A stretch of 64,000 nt of DNA from Chitinophagales bacterium (GTDB taxonomy: Bacteria > Bacteroidota > Bacteroidia > Chitinophagales > UBA10324). How positions within the stretch are numbered: the first letter of the stretch is position 1; each line of letters begins with the position of its first letter. Positions 19,610-28,799 of the stretch are shown here, piece by piece. Both the position numbers and the translations under genes were made by a program. The notes under the pieces were generated by a model. That model was not told the DNA's origin. It did no database searches and was given only the letters and a program-made list of their open reading frames with translations. The DNA lies in assembly GCA_019694975.1 (NCBI GenBank), contig JAIBAY010000004.1, forward strand, positions 378,516-442,515. The letters run 5' to 3'.

Positions 19610-21754
19610 ATGATACGTCACATTATTTTCCTGTACGCTGCTCTTATATTAACAGGTTGTGAAGAAGAATCACAGCTTGCAAAAACGGACTACACGCAGT
19701 ATGTAAACACATTCATTGGCACAGATGGCACCGGCCATACATTTCCCGGAGCCTGTATGCCCTTTGGAATGGTACAGCCAGGACCTGACAATGCCGACAG
19801 GGGTTGGGAATATGCCAGCGGATATCAGTACAGAGACACTGTCATCCTTGGCTTTTCACAAACAAGAGCCAATGGCACAGGCATCAATGAATTTGGTGAT
19901 GTACTGCTGCAGCCTGTTACGGATAATAGAATAGAAGGGTTTGGTCAAATAAAACTGAAAACATCTGAAAGCGCTTCACCCGGATACTACACAGTTACCT
20001 TGCAAAATAAAGTGAGAGTTGAATTGACTGCTACGGAAAGGGTCGCATTCCATCAGTATAGCTATCCTGGTCATCAGGCAAAGTTATTGGTTGATCTGCA
20101 ACATGGCCTGCGGTTTCTGACAGATTCATTAGTGTTGGAAAGCAATGTGCAGATCGAGAATGACACCACAATTTACGGTTACTGTCATACCAGGAATTGG
20201 GTAGAGCGTAAATACTTTTTTGTGATCCGCTTCAGTCAACCCTTCTATGCTGCCCTGCAACTGGAAAGGAAGCCACAGGAAAATGCACCACGTTATGTTT
20301 TGAGTTTTAATTTGAAGGATATGATGCTGAAAGCAAAAATTGCTTTATCAACAGTGAGTGTGAGCGGAGCTGAAAATAATCTGCAAAGAGAATTGCCCGG
20401 CTGGGATTTCATGAGAACAGTTTCCAATGCAAAAAACAGCTGGAATAAATATTTGAGCATGATAGATATTGAAGGAGATAAGCGACAAAAGGAGATTTTC
20501 TACACTTGCCTGTATCGTTTATTCATTCAACCCGCAAACATTGCTGATGCAGATGGCCGTTACAGAGGTGCCGATGATTCGATTCGTACTGCTGAGCACG
20601 GTGAATACTATTCAATGCTTTCATTGTGGGATACTTACCGTGCTGCCAATCCATTGTACACCATCCTTGTTCCTGAAAAAGTGTCCGGCCTGGTGAATAC
20701 CATGATAGCGCATAGTAAGGCAGCGGGCTTCCTTCCCATCTGGACAGCATGGGGACAGGATAATTATTGTATGATTGGTAATCATGCCATTCCGGTGATC
20801 GCAGATGCATACCTGAAAGGAATTCCTGGTTTTGATGCAGAGGATGCGCTCAGGGAAATGATAAAATCAACAACAGTAAACCATATTAACAGCAACTGGA
20901 GCTTACTCGACAAGTATGGCTATTATCCCTTCGACAGCTTAGACAATGAAGCTGTATCACGTACACTTGAGCACGGTGTAGATGATTATTGCATCGCACT
21001 TATGGCCGACAAGATGGGTAAGCAAAACATTGGACAGCAGTATTACAAACGTTCAATGCTGTATAAAAATCTTTATGACAGTACTACACAACAAATGCGG
21101 GGAAAAGACAGCAAAGGATATTGGCGCACTCCTTTTAATCCGTTAATAGCCACTTCTCCCCTGAGTAATCCCGGCGACTATACAGAAGCCAATGCATGGC
21201 AATATTTCTGGACACCGGCACAATATGATATAGCCGGTATGATTCAATTGCTGGGCGGCAAGAAAAAATTCACTGCGCAACTCGACAGTTTCTTCAGTAT
21301 TCAAACTCCACATCCCAATAAATATTTAGGGCAGGAAGCCATGATTGGCCAATACGCTCATGGCAACGAGCCCAGTCATCACATTGCCTACCTCTACGCT
21401 TATGCTGAGAAGCCGGAAAGAGGAAGACAGATTATTACGCAAATCTGCAATCAGTTTTATGGTAATACGCCGGATGGAATGATTGGTAACGATGACTGCG
21501 GACAAATGAGTGCCTGGTATATTTTTTCAACACTTGGCTTTTATCCGGTAAATCCTGCAAGCGGCGAGTATGTGTTTGGAATGCCTCAGGTAAAGAAGGC
21601 AGTCATTTATCTCAGCAACGGCAAATCTTTAACCATTGAAAATGAAATGCAGGATTCACACCAGGTCACTGCCTGTTTTGATGGCCAACCGGTTTCCAAT
21701 CCATTCATTGAACATGCAACAATCAGCAAAGGCGGTGTTTTGGTATTTAAATAA
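19610..21754 (+). CDS. GH92 family alpha-mannosidase lipoprotein
   Basis: 714 aa with a lipobox (ILTGC). The GH92 N-terminal signature is YVNTFIGTDGTGHTFPGACMPFGMVQPGPDN, and the catalytic-domain motifs are GNEPSHHIAYLY and NDDCGQMSAWY. Confidence 0.92.
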   Translation: MIRHIIFLYAALILTGCEEESQLAKTDYTQYVNTFIGTDGTGHTFPGACMPFGMVQPGPDNADRGWEYASGYQYRDTVILGFSQTRANGTGINEFGDVLLQPVTDNRIEGFGQIKLKTSESASPGYYTVTLQNKVRVELTATERVAFHQYSYPGHQAKLLVDLQHGLRFLTDSLVLESNVQIENDTTIYGYCHTRNWVERKYFFVIRFSQPFYAALQLERKPQENAPRYVLSFNLKDMMLKAKIALSTVSVSGAENNLQRELPGWDFMRTVSNAKNSWNKYLSMIDIEGDKRQKEIFYTCLYRLFIQPANIADADGRYRGADDSIRTAEHGEYYSMLSLWDTYRAANPLYTILVPEKVSGLVNTMIAHSKAAGFLPIWTAWGQDNYCMIGNHAIPVIADAYLKGIPGFDAEDALREMIKSTTVNHINSNWSLLDKYGYYPFDSLDNEAVSRTLEHGVDDYCIALMADKMGKQNIGQQYYKRSMLYKNLYDSTTQQMRGKDSKGYWRTPFNPLIATSPLSNPGDYTEANAWQYFWTPAQYDIAGMIQLLGGKKKFTAQLDSFFSIQTPHPNKYLGQEAMIGQYAHGNEPSHHIAYLYAYAEKPERGRQIITQICNQFYGNTPDGMIGNDDCGQMSAWYIFSTLGFYPVNPASGEYVFGMPQVKKAVIYLSNGKSLTIENEMQDSHQVTACFDGQPVSNPFIEHATISKGGVLVFK

Positions 21755-21966
21755 AGTGGTTAAGTGAGCATGTAAGTTGAAAAGGTGCAGATGAATGAAG
21801 TGCGTAGAAATTTTCACAGGTATTCAGCAATAAATTCAAATCGCCACTGATTAGTCACATTTGTAACTGTTACTAGTCTGGGTCTTTCGCTTGCTTTGAT
21901 CAGTCAACCAACGGGGCATATTTTGATCTATATCAGGAACAGTATGTTGGAAAGCAGGCGGTGCAG

Positions 21967-22749
21967 TTATGATTGCCCGCTGAGCATGATTTCTATTCCG
22001 CCAAATGAATTCCATACATAAGAAATGGTTGCCGTGCTGCCTGGAAGAAGATTTAGCATTAGTTTATTGGAACTATAGATCAGGCCCCGCCGAAGCTGGA
22101 CTTCATATTTTCCCTGTTCGAGAGAAAATTTATAAGTCAGTTTGTTAACGAGTATTTCACCAATTTTTTTACCATTGACTAATACGTTTATGTTGCTTTC
22201 ACTCTGGAGGAAACCCGGAGCCTTGTTAAAAAAACATAGTTGTGCTTTTTGCAATGACTCATTGGGGCGCCGGCTGGGGAATTTTTGAAGATATTTGGTT
22301 AAGCCATGAACGCCATTTTTAAATGCATCAAAATCTGTGTCTAACTTGAATTGCTCTGCATTTACCAGGCTGACAAGGCTCGAAGGCAAATCCATTTTGT
22401 GTGGTTTTTGGGCTTTGTCGAGCAAGACAACCACCAATGGTATTTTCTTTTCGAGGGCTTTTTCCAGTTCCATCCGTACAGGATCATCCGCCCTGTCAAT
22501 CTTACGGGCTCTGCCTTCATTGCCGGTCGTGGCATTTAACCAATTGTGTCCGATGATGGCTAGTACAACATCTGAATTCTCCAGTTCTTTTATCATCTTT
22601 TTTTCAAAGTCCTGGCCAACCTTGATCTTTTCCGTGTCTATGAATACCTCAATCGGATACTCTGCTGTGCTTAAACGTAACAATGCTTTTTCCAATGCAT
22701 GTGATTCATGCAAACTGTCATCCCGGCGGTAACTGAGAAAGAAACGCAT
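21967..22749 (-). CDS. TIR-domain protein with PEGA-like C-terminal beta domain (TIR-A)
   Basis: 260 aa. The N-terminus is MRFFLSYRRDD, followed by VFIDTEKIKVGQDF, SDVVLAIIGHNWL and DPVRMELEKALEKKIPLVVVLLD (TIR_2 pattern with a conserved Glu). The C-terminal ~100 aa read INVLVNGKKIGEI...GKYEVQL. Confidence 0.8.
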   Translation of the reverse strand: MRFFLSYRRDDSLHESHALEKALLRLSTAEYPIEVFIDTEKIKVGQDFEKKMIKELENSDVVLAIIGHNWLNATTGNEGRARKIDRADDPVRMELEKALEKKIPLVVVLLDKAQKPHKMDLPSSLVSLVNAEQFKLDTDFDAFKNGVHGLTKYLQKFPSRRPNESLQKAQLCFFNKAPGFLQSESNINVLVNGKKIGEILVNKLTYKFSLEQGKYEVQLRRGLIYSSNKLMLNLLPGSTATISYVWNSFGGIEIMLSGQS

Positions 22750-22762
22750 ACTGTTTAAAAAT

Positions 22763-23524
22763 TTAGTTCTCTGACCTTAGTGAAAGCGTACCCCAATGCG
22801 CATTTCGATCTGCATATAAAACAGACACCTGTTGAGATCTGACTTTTATTCGGCATTCGCATTGTTTGCCAACTTTATTGCCCGGTTTGATTGCAACAAT
22901 ATGTTCTCCGGGAATAACCTTGTGTTCAAATGTTTTGTTTATCAACTGCAAGGTTCCCACTGTTTCATTATCAATCAAAATAATGGCAGGAGGATATTCT
23001 GTTTCGAGGTAGTGGCTGATGAACCCCCCTTTTTTGGTGCGAATCTGAATAGTGCCATATTCAACAGATGGGAGCCATGCACTCTCGTCTCCGGGAGACC
23101 TAAGCATTTCAACAACCTGCATTACATCTTTCTCAAAAGAAGTATTCCTGATGGTGGCGGCATGTATGGTTGCAAAGGCAGTTAATGAAGGCGGGATATC
23201 CTGCTTCCCGGGCATTCTTGCTTCATCAATCAGCAGTGGGGCAATACGGATGTGAGTGTTTTTCAGCGCAGCAGTCAATTCCCGGTTTACATAGTCGCCC
23301 GGCGCATTTAGTATCGTAGCGGATTGTTTGACCGTGCGTAGCCAGTTTTTTCCTATCACCACCAACACCACATCCATATCTCTGATTATTGAATCAATGG
23401 TTGCAGCAGTTGTCTGTGGGTTACTTTGTTTAACTTCTAATGCTGGTAAATGCTCCTGTATATACAGACGGAGTCTTCCTACAAAACCTTTGTCATCCGG
23501 ATGATAGCTTATATATAGACGCAT
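22763..23524 (-). CDS. divergent TIR-domain protein with PEGA-like C-terminal beta domain (TIR-B)
   Basis: Start taken at ATG 23524 (MRLYISYHPDD); the ORF track starts at a GTG at 23554. Motifs are MDVVLVVIGKNWL and DYVNRELTAALKNTHIRIAPLLID. The C-terminus reads AIILIDNETVGTL...GEHIVAI. It ends 13 nt upstream of the TIR-A start. Confidence 0.7.
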   Translation of the reverse strand: MRLYISYHPDDKGFVGRLRLYIQEHLPALEVKQSNPQTTAATIDSIIRDMDVVLVVIGKNWLRTVKQSATILNAPGDYVNRELTAALKNTHIRIAPLLIDEARMPGKQDIPPSLTAFATIHAATIRNTSFEKDVMQVVEMLRSPGDESAWLPSVEYGTIQIRTKKGGFISHYLETEYPPAIILIDNETVGTLQLINKTFEHKVIPGEHIVAIKPGNKVGKQCECRIKVRSQQVSVLYADRNAHWGTLSLRSEN

Positions 23525-23845
23525 ATCAAAAAAATTAAAGCCGTTGTGAGTCACTACAGCGCACTGAAAAAGGTGTTGACCAATATTCCGCCCTCTCTTT
23601 AATGCACAAATTAACGGAATAAAACTTTATGTATTTTGATAATATTAATCTTATTGCCGCAACAAACAGCTGATATAATACCAGGATTTTATGGAATAAG
23701 GCAGTGTATTATTTCACTGCAGCTTACTATGTTTTGAATAATGGTGATTGGAGTATTTTCAAAGTTTATGGGATTGGGTCAGTTGTTGGTCCGGGTTTCC
23801 ACAGGCTTCAATGAGGCCGGCAATCGTGAAAAATGCCGGGCAAGA

Positions 23846-23912
23846 GGATTATCAGGATTTCCAAACTCAATATTCATTACCCGACGCCCAATATCCAATC
23901 TTCAATATCGGG
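23846..23912. repeat. degenerate fragment of the intergenic repeat families
   Basis: GAGGATTATCAGGATTTCC followed by ACTCAATATTCATTACCCGACGCCCAATATCCAATCTTCAATATCGG, which resembles the right arm of the array hairpins. Confidence 0.5.
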
Positions 23913-24145
23913 CCGATGGTCAGCGTTGCCGCTTCATTTTTATGCGGGGTCTGGTTTATAAAAACCTTCTAGAGGGTGTCCATCCTGTTTTTATTTCATG
24001 ACAATCAAAATGGTAAAACCCAAGTTGAAATTGTCATGAAAATGCAATACTGTTTAATGAATTGATGTGAAGTGTAAACAAAATAAATTGCCGGTGGTTA
24101 AGACATGCATTCATCACAAATTAACTAACCAAAAAAACTTCTACC

Positions 24146-25864
24146 ATGAAACGAAAATCCATCTTCTTATCCGCCTTGTTGCTTGTTACAAGTGTCAACC
24201 TTTTTGCAACAGCGCGTTTACAGGTAATTCACAATGCAGCAGATCTTGCAGCCGCAACAGTTGACGTTTGGCTCGATAACACCCTGCTCCTGAACGATTT
24301 TAATTTCCGGACGGCTTCACCCTTTATTGATGCGCCATCAGGCGTCGCTTTTAAAGTGAGTATTCAGCCTGCAAACAGCACGGATACGGTGAATGCCTTA
24401 TTCACTAAAAATTTTACACTCACCGCCGGAAAAACCTATGTGGTGATCGCCAATGGCATCGTAAGCCCATCGGGTTATTCACCTGCCACACCTTTTGATC
24501 TATATGCTTATGATATGGGTAAGGAATCTGCGGCGCTGTCTACCAACACCGAAGTCATGGTATTTCACGGAGCAACCGATGCACCGGTAGTGGATGTGAA
24601 AGAAGTAGGCGTTGGTGCAGGTACCATCATTGATGACCTGGCATACGGCGATTTTACAGACTACCTGGCTTTGCCTACCGCTGATTATTCCCTGCAGGTG
24701 CGTGATGCACATGGCATTACAACCGTAGCGCAATATGATGCACCACTGGCTACCTTAGGTCTGAATGGTGCGGCAGCTGTTGCACTGGCTTCAGGATTTT
24801 TGAATCCTGCGGTAAACAGCAATGGCCCCGCTTTTGGTATTTATGTGGCGCTGCCGTCAGGTGGAAGCTTAGTGGCCCTTCCTGCAGCCGCAATTTCCAC
24901 CGCCCGTGTGCAGGTAATTCACAATGCTTCCGATGCTGCTGCAGCTACGGTGGATGTATGGCTGAATGATACCAAACTGATAGACAATTTTATATTCAGG
25001 ACAGCCACTCCTTTTATTGATGCTCCTGCCGGTGAAAGCTTCACCATTGCGATCAAGGATCAGAACAGCACCAATGCCGACAACCCGATTGCTTCCTTTA
25101 ACTACACCCTGGAAGGTGGCTCCACCTACCTGCTGGTGGCAAACGGTATTGTAAGTGCTACGGGCTACAATCCTGCACCTGCTTTTAACCTGGATGTATT
25201 TGCAGCCGGCCGTGAACGCGCTACCGAAGCTGTGAACACCGATGTTTTGGTATACCATGGCTCAACCGATGCTCCTGTGGTTGACATCGTGGAAACTGGT
25301 GCAGGTGCGGGCACGATTGTTAATGATATTGCCTATAAACAGTTTGCCGGATACCTCGAACTGCCAACAGCAGATTATAAACTTGACGTGCGTGATGAAA
25401 CAGGTACCACTACTGTAGCATCATATGAGGTACCGCTGGCTGCTCTTTCCTTACAGGATGAGGCACTCACCGTGCTGGCTTCAGGATTTCTGAATCCGGC
25501 CAGTAACAGTAATGGCCCTGCATTTGGTTTGTATGTGGCATTGGCAGCCGGTGGTGAATTGCTTGCGCTTCCCTTAGCTACCGGAATTGAGGAAGTTGCA
25601 TCCACCCTTTCAGCAGTAAGCATGTTTCCTAATCCTGCCCGTGATGCAGTTAATCTGCAATTCGACCTTGACTTGCCGGGTGAGGTGCGGTTGGAAGTGT
25701 TCAATGTACTGGGTTCAAGGATGCTGACGCAAAATTTAGGAATGAAATCGTCGGGAACCCATAGCACTACACTGAATGTAAATCAACTTCCGGAAGGACT
25801 TTACATCAGCAAGATTGTTGCCGGTACTGACGAGCAGGTTTCGAAACTGATCGTAAGCCGATAA
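24146..25864 (+). CDS. T9SS-secreted protein with two DUF4397-like domains
   Basis: 572 aa with a signal peptide. There is an internal duplication (ARLQVIHNAADLAAATVDVWL... at 24212-24889 and ARVQVIHNASDAAAATVDVWL... at 24902-25576). The C-terminal T9SS sorting domain is MFPNPARDAVNLQF...GLYISKI...KLIVSR. Confidence 0.8.
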   Translation: MKRKSIFLSALLLVTSVNLFATARLQVIHNAADLAAATVDVWLDNTLLLNDFNFRTASPFIDAPSGVAFKVSIQPANSTDTVNALFTKNFTLTAGKTYVVIANGIVSPSGYSPATPFDLYAYDMGKESAALSTNTEVMVFHGATDAPVVDVKEVGVGAGTIIDDLAYGDFTDYLALPTADYSLQVRDAHGITTVAQYDAPLATLGLNGAAAVALASGFLNPAVNSNGPAFGIYVALPSGGSLVALPAAAISTARVQVIHNASDAAAATVDVWLNDTKLIDNFIFRTATPFIDAPAGESFTIAIKDQNSTNADNPIASFNYTLEGGSTYLLVANGIVSATGYNPAPAFNLDVFAAGRERATEAVNTDVLVYHGSTDAPVVDIVETGAGAGTIVNDIAYKQFAGYLELPTADYKLDVRDETGTTTVASYEVPLAALSLQDEALTVLASGFLNPASNSNGPAFGLYVALAAGGELLALPLATGIEEVASTLSAVSMFPNPARDAVNLQFDLDLPGEVRLEVFNVLGSRMLTQNLGMKSSGTHSTTLNVNQLPEGLYISKIVAGTDEQVSKLIVSR

Positions 25865-25887
25865 TGTGCCTGGTCAGATTTCAGGGA

Positions 25888-25918
25888 AAGAGGCATCCGG
25901 AAGGGTGCCTCTTTTTTA
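25888..25918 (+). terminator. rho-independent terminator
   Basis: AAAGAGGCA-TCCGGAAGGG-TGCCTCTTT followed by TTTTATTT. Confidence 0.8.
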
Positions 25919-26047
25919 TTTATCTGTCTTGAGTTATTGATGCCATTGCTGTACTTTGAAAAGCGCTATAGGAAGCACTGGCCAAAAACCTATTAAAGTT
26001 TCAGGGCAGGATAAGGATTCATAAATCGCACCTATCTTCTTGCAGCA

Positions 26048-26845
26048 TTAATATTTTTCTTCAGCAAAGTCCACCCAGCCTTTCTCAAAGTCAGATTCGC
26101 TTACACCTAAAACAGTTTGGATGTCAACGTAGGATGTAATCAAAACGGGCAATTTGTCTTTGCCCCATGTCTCAACTATATATTCGATAATAGTGTAACC
26201 AACATTATAAATTTGATTGCTTTGGTTCAATTCATTCAGGGTAAGATTTTTTCTCATCCCATACTTCACACTGATGTTATTTACGATATGCGCTTCGTAG
26301 TCGCAGATTGCCTCCCAAAACCATTGGGGATATTCCTTGCTAAACTTCTCTTCAAACATTTTGTCAAAATCTCCGGTGTCCTCATTGCCCCATCTTCCCT
26401 GTTCTTCTTTTATAAGAATGTTCAGCTGAATGCAATGCGTAAATTCATGAATCGCTGTCTTTACCGGATCATCGGGAAGAATGCTGTTATACCAGTTTGT
26501 CCAAAGTAAATGAAATTCGTTGGGGCCGCGGCTTACACCGTTTGCATTACTGTTTAAAAGTCCTGTAGCTTTATTAAAGTCGGCCTGTGCCGGATGAACA
26601 AATACCCGGATTGTATCGTGGTCCGGATCATTCAAATCTGTCCTGATGCTGTTGTAATTTTCTTCCAGGTTGTCAGCAAGGTCTTGTGCTTCTTCTGTGT
26701 AAATCCCCTGATATGAAATGATAAAATGATCAGTTCTGCATTCTGTTAATTTGTCCACGACCGTAAAACTTCGAAAGGTCTTCATACCGAAGCAGGTAAT
26801 GACCAGTCCGCCAAATATTAATAGAATGGTTTTTAGTTTCTGCAT
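26048..26845 (-). CDS. putative MA-clan zinc metallopeptidase-like protein (HExxH), membrane-anchored or secreted
   Basis: 265 aa with an N-terminal hydrophobic anchor (ILLIFGGLVITCFG). It has an HExxH motif (AIHEFTHCIQ) and a downstream Glu-rich helix (WFWEAICDYEAH). Confidence 0.55.
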   Translation of the reverse strand: MQKLKTILLIFGGLVITCFGMKTFRSFTVVDKLTECRTDHFIISYQGIYTEEAQDLADNLEENYNSIRTDLNDPDHDTIRVFVHPAQADFNKATGLLNSNANGVSRGPNEFHLLWTNWYNSILPDDPVKTAIHEFTHCIQLNILIKEEQGRWGNEDTGDFDKMFEEKFSKEYPQWFWEAICDYEAHIVNNISVKYGMRKNLTLNELNQSNQIYNVGYTIIEYIVETWGKDKLPVLITSYVDIQTVLGVSESDFEKGWVDFAEEKY

Positions 26846-26899
26846 TGTCCTTTAATTGCTATCTCTTAACTATCGACGGGTCTCTGTAAAAAGCGTTTT

Positions 26900-27052
26900 G
26901 CTGCCAACGGTTGCCAGCCTTGCATTGATGCCGTTGGTCTTTGCAAAGCGTTGAGGGAAGCAGAGACCAACAAGCTGTTAAAGATACAAGGCAGAATGCG
27001 GATTGGACATCCGATTCTCTATCTGTTCCGACCAAAAAATCAGGACTAACAT
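26900..27052 (+). repeat. Family-2 mosaic repeat, copy a
   Basis: CCGTTGGTCT-TTGCAAAGCGTTGAGGGAAGCAG-AGACCAACAAGCTGTTAAAG, then GGATTGGACATCCGATT, then a CAGGACTAAC tail. Confidence 0.75.
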
Positions 27053-27090
27053 TGCAATTTACTGCTGCTGTAAAGCGAAATGAACCAGCG

Positions 27091-27981
27091 TTATTGTGTT
27101 TCAGTATCAATGGCCTGTTGAGGTGGTGAGAGTTGATGGCGTTTCGTCCAGAAATAAACAGCAAAAAGGAGGCAAACGACTGGCAGCACTGCGCCAAACT
27201 CATCGACGTAATATTTTGTGTTGCCGGTATCAGCGGTAAGTGGTGTAAATATCATTTGAATAAACAGGTTATGACTGCCGTGAAGCAATACTCCTGTCCA
27301 AAGACTCCCTGACCGCAGGCGAAACCATGTAAAAATGAAACTGAGTCCAATCACCATCGCGGTGAAACAACTCAGTGCATAACAGGCAGACGTGCCGCTG
27401 TTGTAATCTGCAAAAAGTAAAATGGGATAATGCCAAAGCGCCCAGATGATTGCTGCTACGATTGCTGTTTTAGTATAGCCCAGTTTTTTGTACAACTCCG
27501 GTACCAGGAAACCGCGCCAACCTATTTCTTCACCTAAAGCGGTGGCGCAACTGCTGGGAAGTCCATAGAGCGCACCGAGGATAAAAAAGAAAGCAATCGT
27601 AACTGCGGTTGGTAAAGTTCCGAAACCGAAATTGTCAGTAACTGCTTTAACATAGTCATGGTTGTAAAAGCCGCCCCATCCAACTGCCCAGATTACTGAA
27701 TAGGCAATGAGTGCATACAGGAAAGGAACAAGATAACTCCAAACCTGCAAACGGGTGTTGCCCCATTGCCATCCCAACAATGATATTTTCCTGTTCAGTA
27801 TCCTTGATGTAATCAGCGCAGAGAGTCCGGGACACCACATCAGGCCGGTAACATAAAGTCCAAACCCACTGCCGATTTTTCCCGTATGAATTATGAGCAG
27901 ATAGAAAGCGGCACTCAATGAAAAAGTGATCAGCAGGAATGTGAGGATTGCTCTTATGCTTTTATCAGGTGCATCTTGCAT
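27091..27981 (-). CDS. CPBP family intramembrane glutamic endopeptidase (CAAX/Abi type)
   Basis: 296 aa, polytopic. It has motif 1 EEIGWRGFL, motif 2 ALWHYP and motif 3 HGSHN. Confidence 0.85.
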   Translation of the reverse strand: MQDAPDKSIRAILTFLLITFSLSAAFYLLIIHTGKIGSGFGLYVTGLMWCPGLSALITSRILNRKISLLGWQWGNTRLQVWSYLVPFLYALIAYSVIWAVGWGGFYNHDYVKAVTDNFGFGTLPTAVTIAFFFILGALYGLPSSCATALGEEIGWRGFLVPELYKKLGYTKTAIVAAIIWALWHYPILLFADYNSGTSACYALSCFTAMVIGLSFIFTWFRLRSGSLWTGVLLHGSHNLFIQMIFTPLTADTGNTKYYVDEFGAVLPVVCLLFAVYFWTKRHQLSPPQQAIDTETQ

Positions 27982-28180
27982 AGTGTATCTGTTTCTGTTA
28001 AATATAATACTAATCTTATCGGAAGCTCATGAGCATCTTAACCGATTGAAAACTGTTGGGAAACAGATCCGGTTGAGCGGAGATTCTCAATACTCCGGCG
28101 CTGCCGGATGTTGCTACCAGCTTATCGCTATTTTTTTGTCGATGGATTTTTATTGCGGCCTAAGTGAAGGGTATTGCTGC

Positions 28181-28338
28181 AGTTGTTGGTCTTTGCAAAG
28201 TACTTGGTGCCGTTGTTGGTCTTAACAGAACTTGCTGGAGGGTCAGACCAACAACCTGTTAAAGTCTCCGGGCAAATGAGGATTAGAATTCCTTTTCTCA
28301 ATCAATCCGGGATTAAAACAAAGGCCGGCTGGCGGGAG
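28181..28338 (+). repeat. Family-2 mosaic repeat, copy b (first hairpin partly duplicated)
   Basis: GTTGTTGGTCTTTGCAAAG..., then GTTGTTGGTCT-TAACAGAACTTGCTGGAGGGTC-AGACCAACAACCTGTTAAAG, then GGATTAGAATTCC, then ATCCGGGATTAAAACAAAGGCCGG. Confidence 0.75.
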
Positions 28339-28365
28339 TTTTATCTGCTGTTGTTCTAATTGGTG

Positions 28366-28788
28366 TCATTTAGTAAGTTTATATCCCATATAGCTGCCCA
28401 GAAATTTTGCCGTATTGGCAAGTGCAAAAATTAAAATGTAATCAGACCATTTCACGCCCGCTGCTGTAATGATGATGACGTCCAGCAACAGGTACAGGAG
28501 CGGGAAAAGAATTACCAGTTTGAACACATCCCGGTATTCTTTTTTCTTCCAGTATCGTGCAACCAGGAAAAAAATGATAAATCCGAAAATACCGGAGATA
28601 TAAGGGGCAGAATCATTGGCATGTGCCTCATACACACTTTCTTGCTGTCCCGGGTTTATAAGATAGGAATACACAGCAACTTCAGCGAATGAAATAAGCA
28701 CCAGAGTTATCATTGTCAATAACACCAGTCCGATTAGTTTCGGAATCACAAACTTCTTCATAGGCTTCAGTTCTGTTTTACTATACAC
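28366..28788 (-). CDS. hypothetical small membrane protein (4 TM)
   Basis: 140-aa ORF with four hydrophobic segments and no recognised motif. The start could instead be the internal MKKFVIPK. Confidence 0.5.
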   Translation of the reverse strand: MYSKTELKPMKKFVIPKLIGLVLLTMITLVLISFAEVAVYSYLINPGQQESVYEAHANDSAPYISGIFGFIIFFLVARYWKKKEYRDVFKLVILFPLLYLLLDVIIITAAGVKWSDYILIFALANTAKFLGSYMGYKLTK

Positions 28789-28799
28789 ATTTGTACGCC

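Noticed and set aside
14849-21754. A classical polysaccharide utilisation locus (PUL).
   Set aside because: No SusC-like TonB-dependent transporter or SusD-like gene is in or next to the cluster. It is described only as an AraC-regulated glycosidase/oxygenase operon.
21967-23524. A canonical Thoeris system (ThsB TIR proteins).
   Set aside because: There is no ThsA-type SIR2, Macro or SLOG effector gene on either side. The neighbours are a GH92 mannosidase and a DUF4397 T9SS protein. The pair is therefore reported as an uncharacterised TIR module, not as Thoeris.
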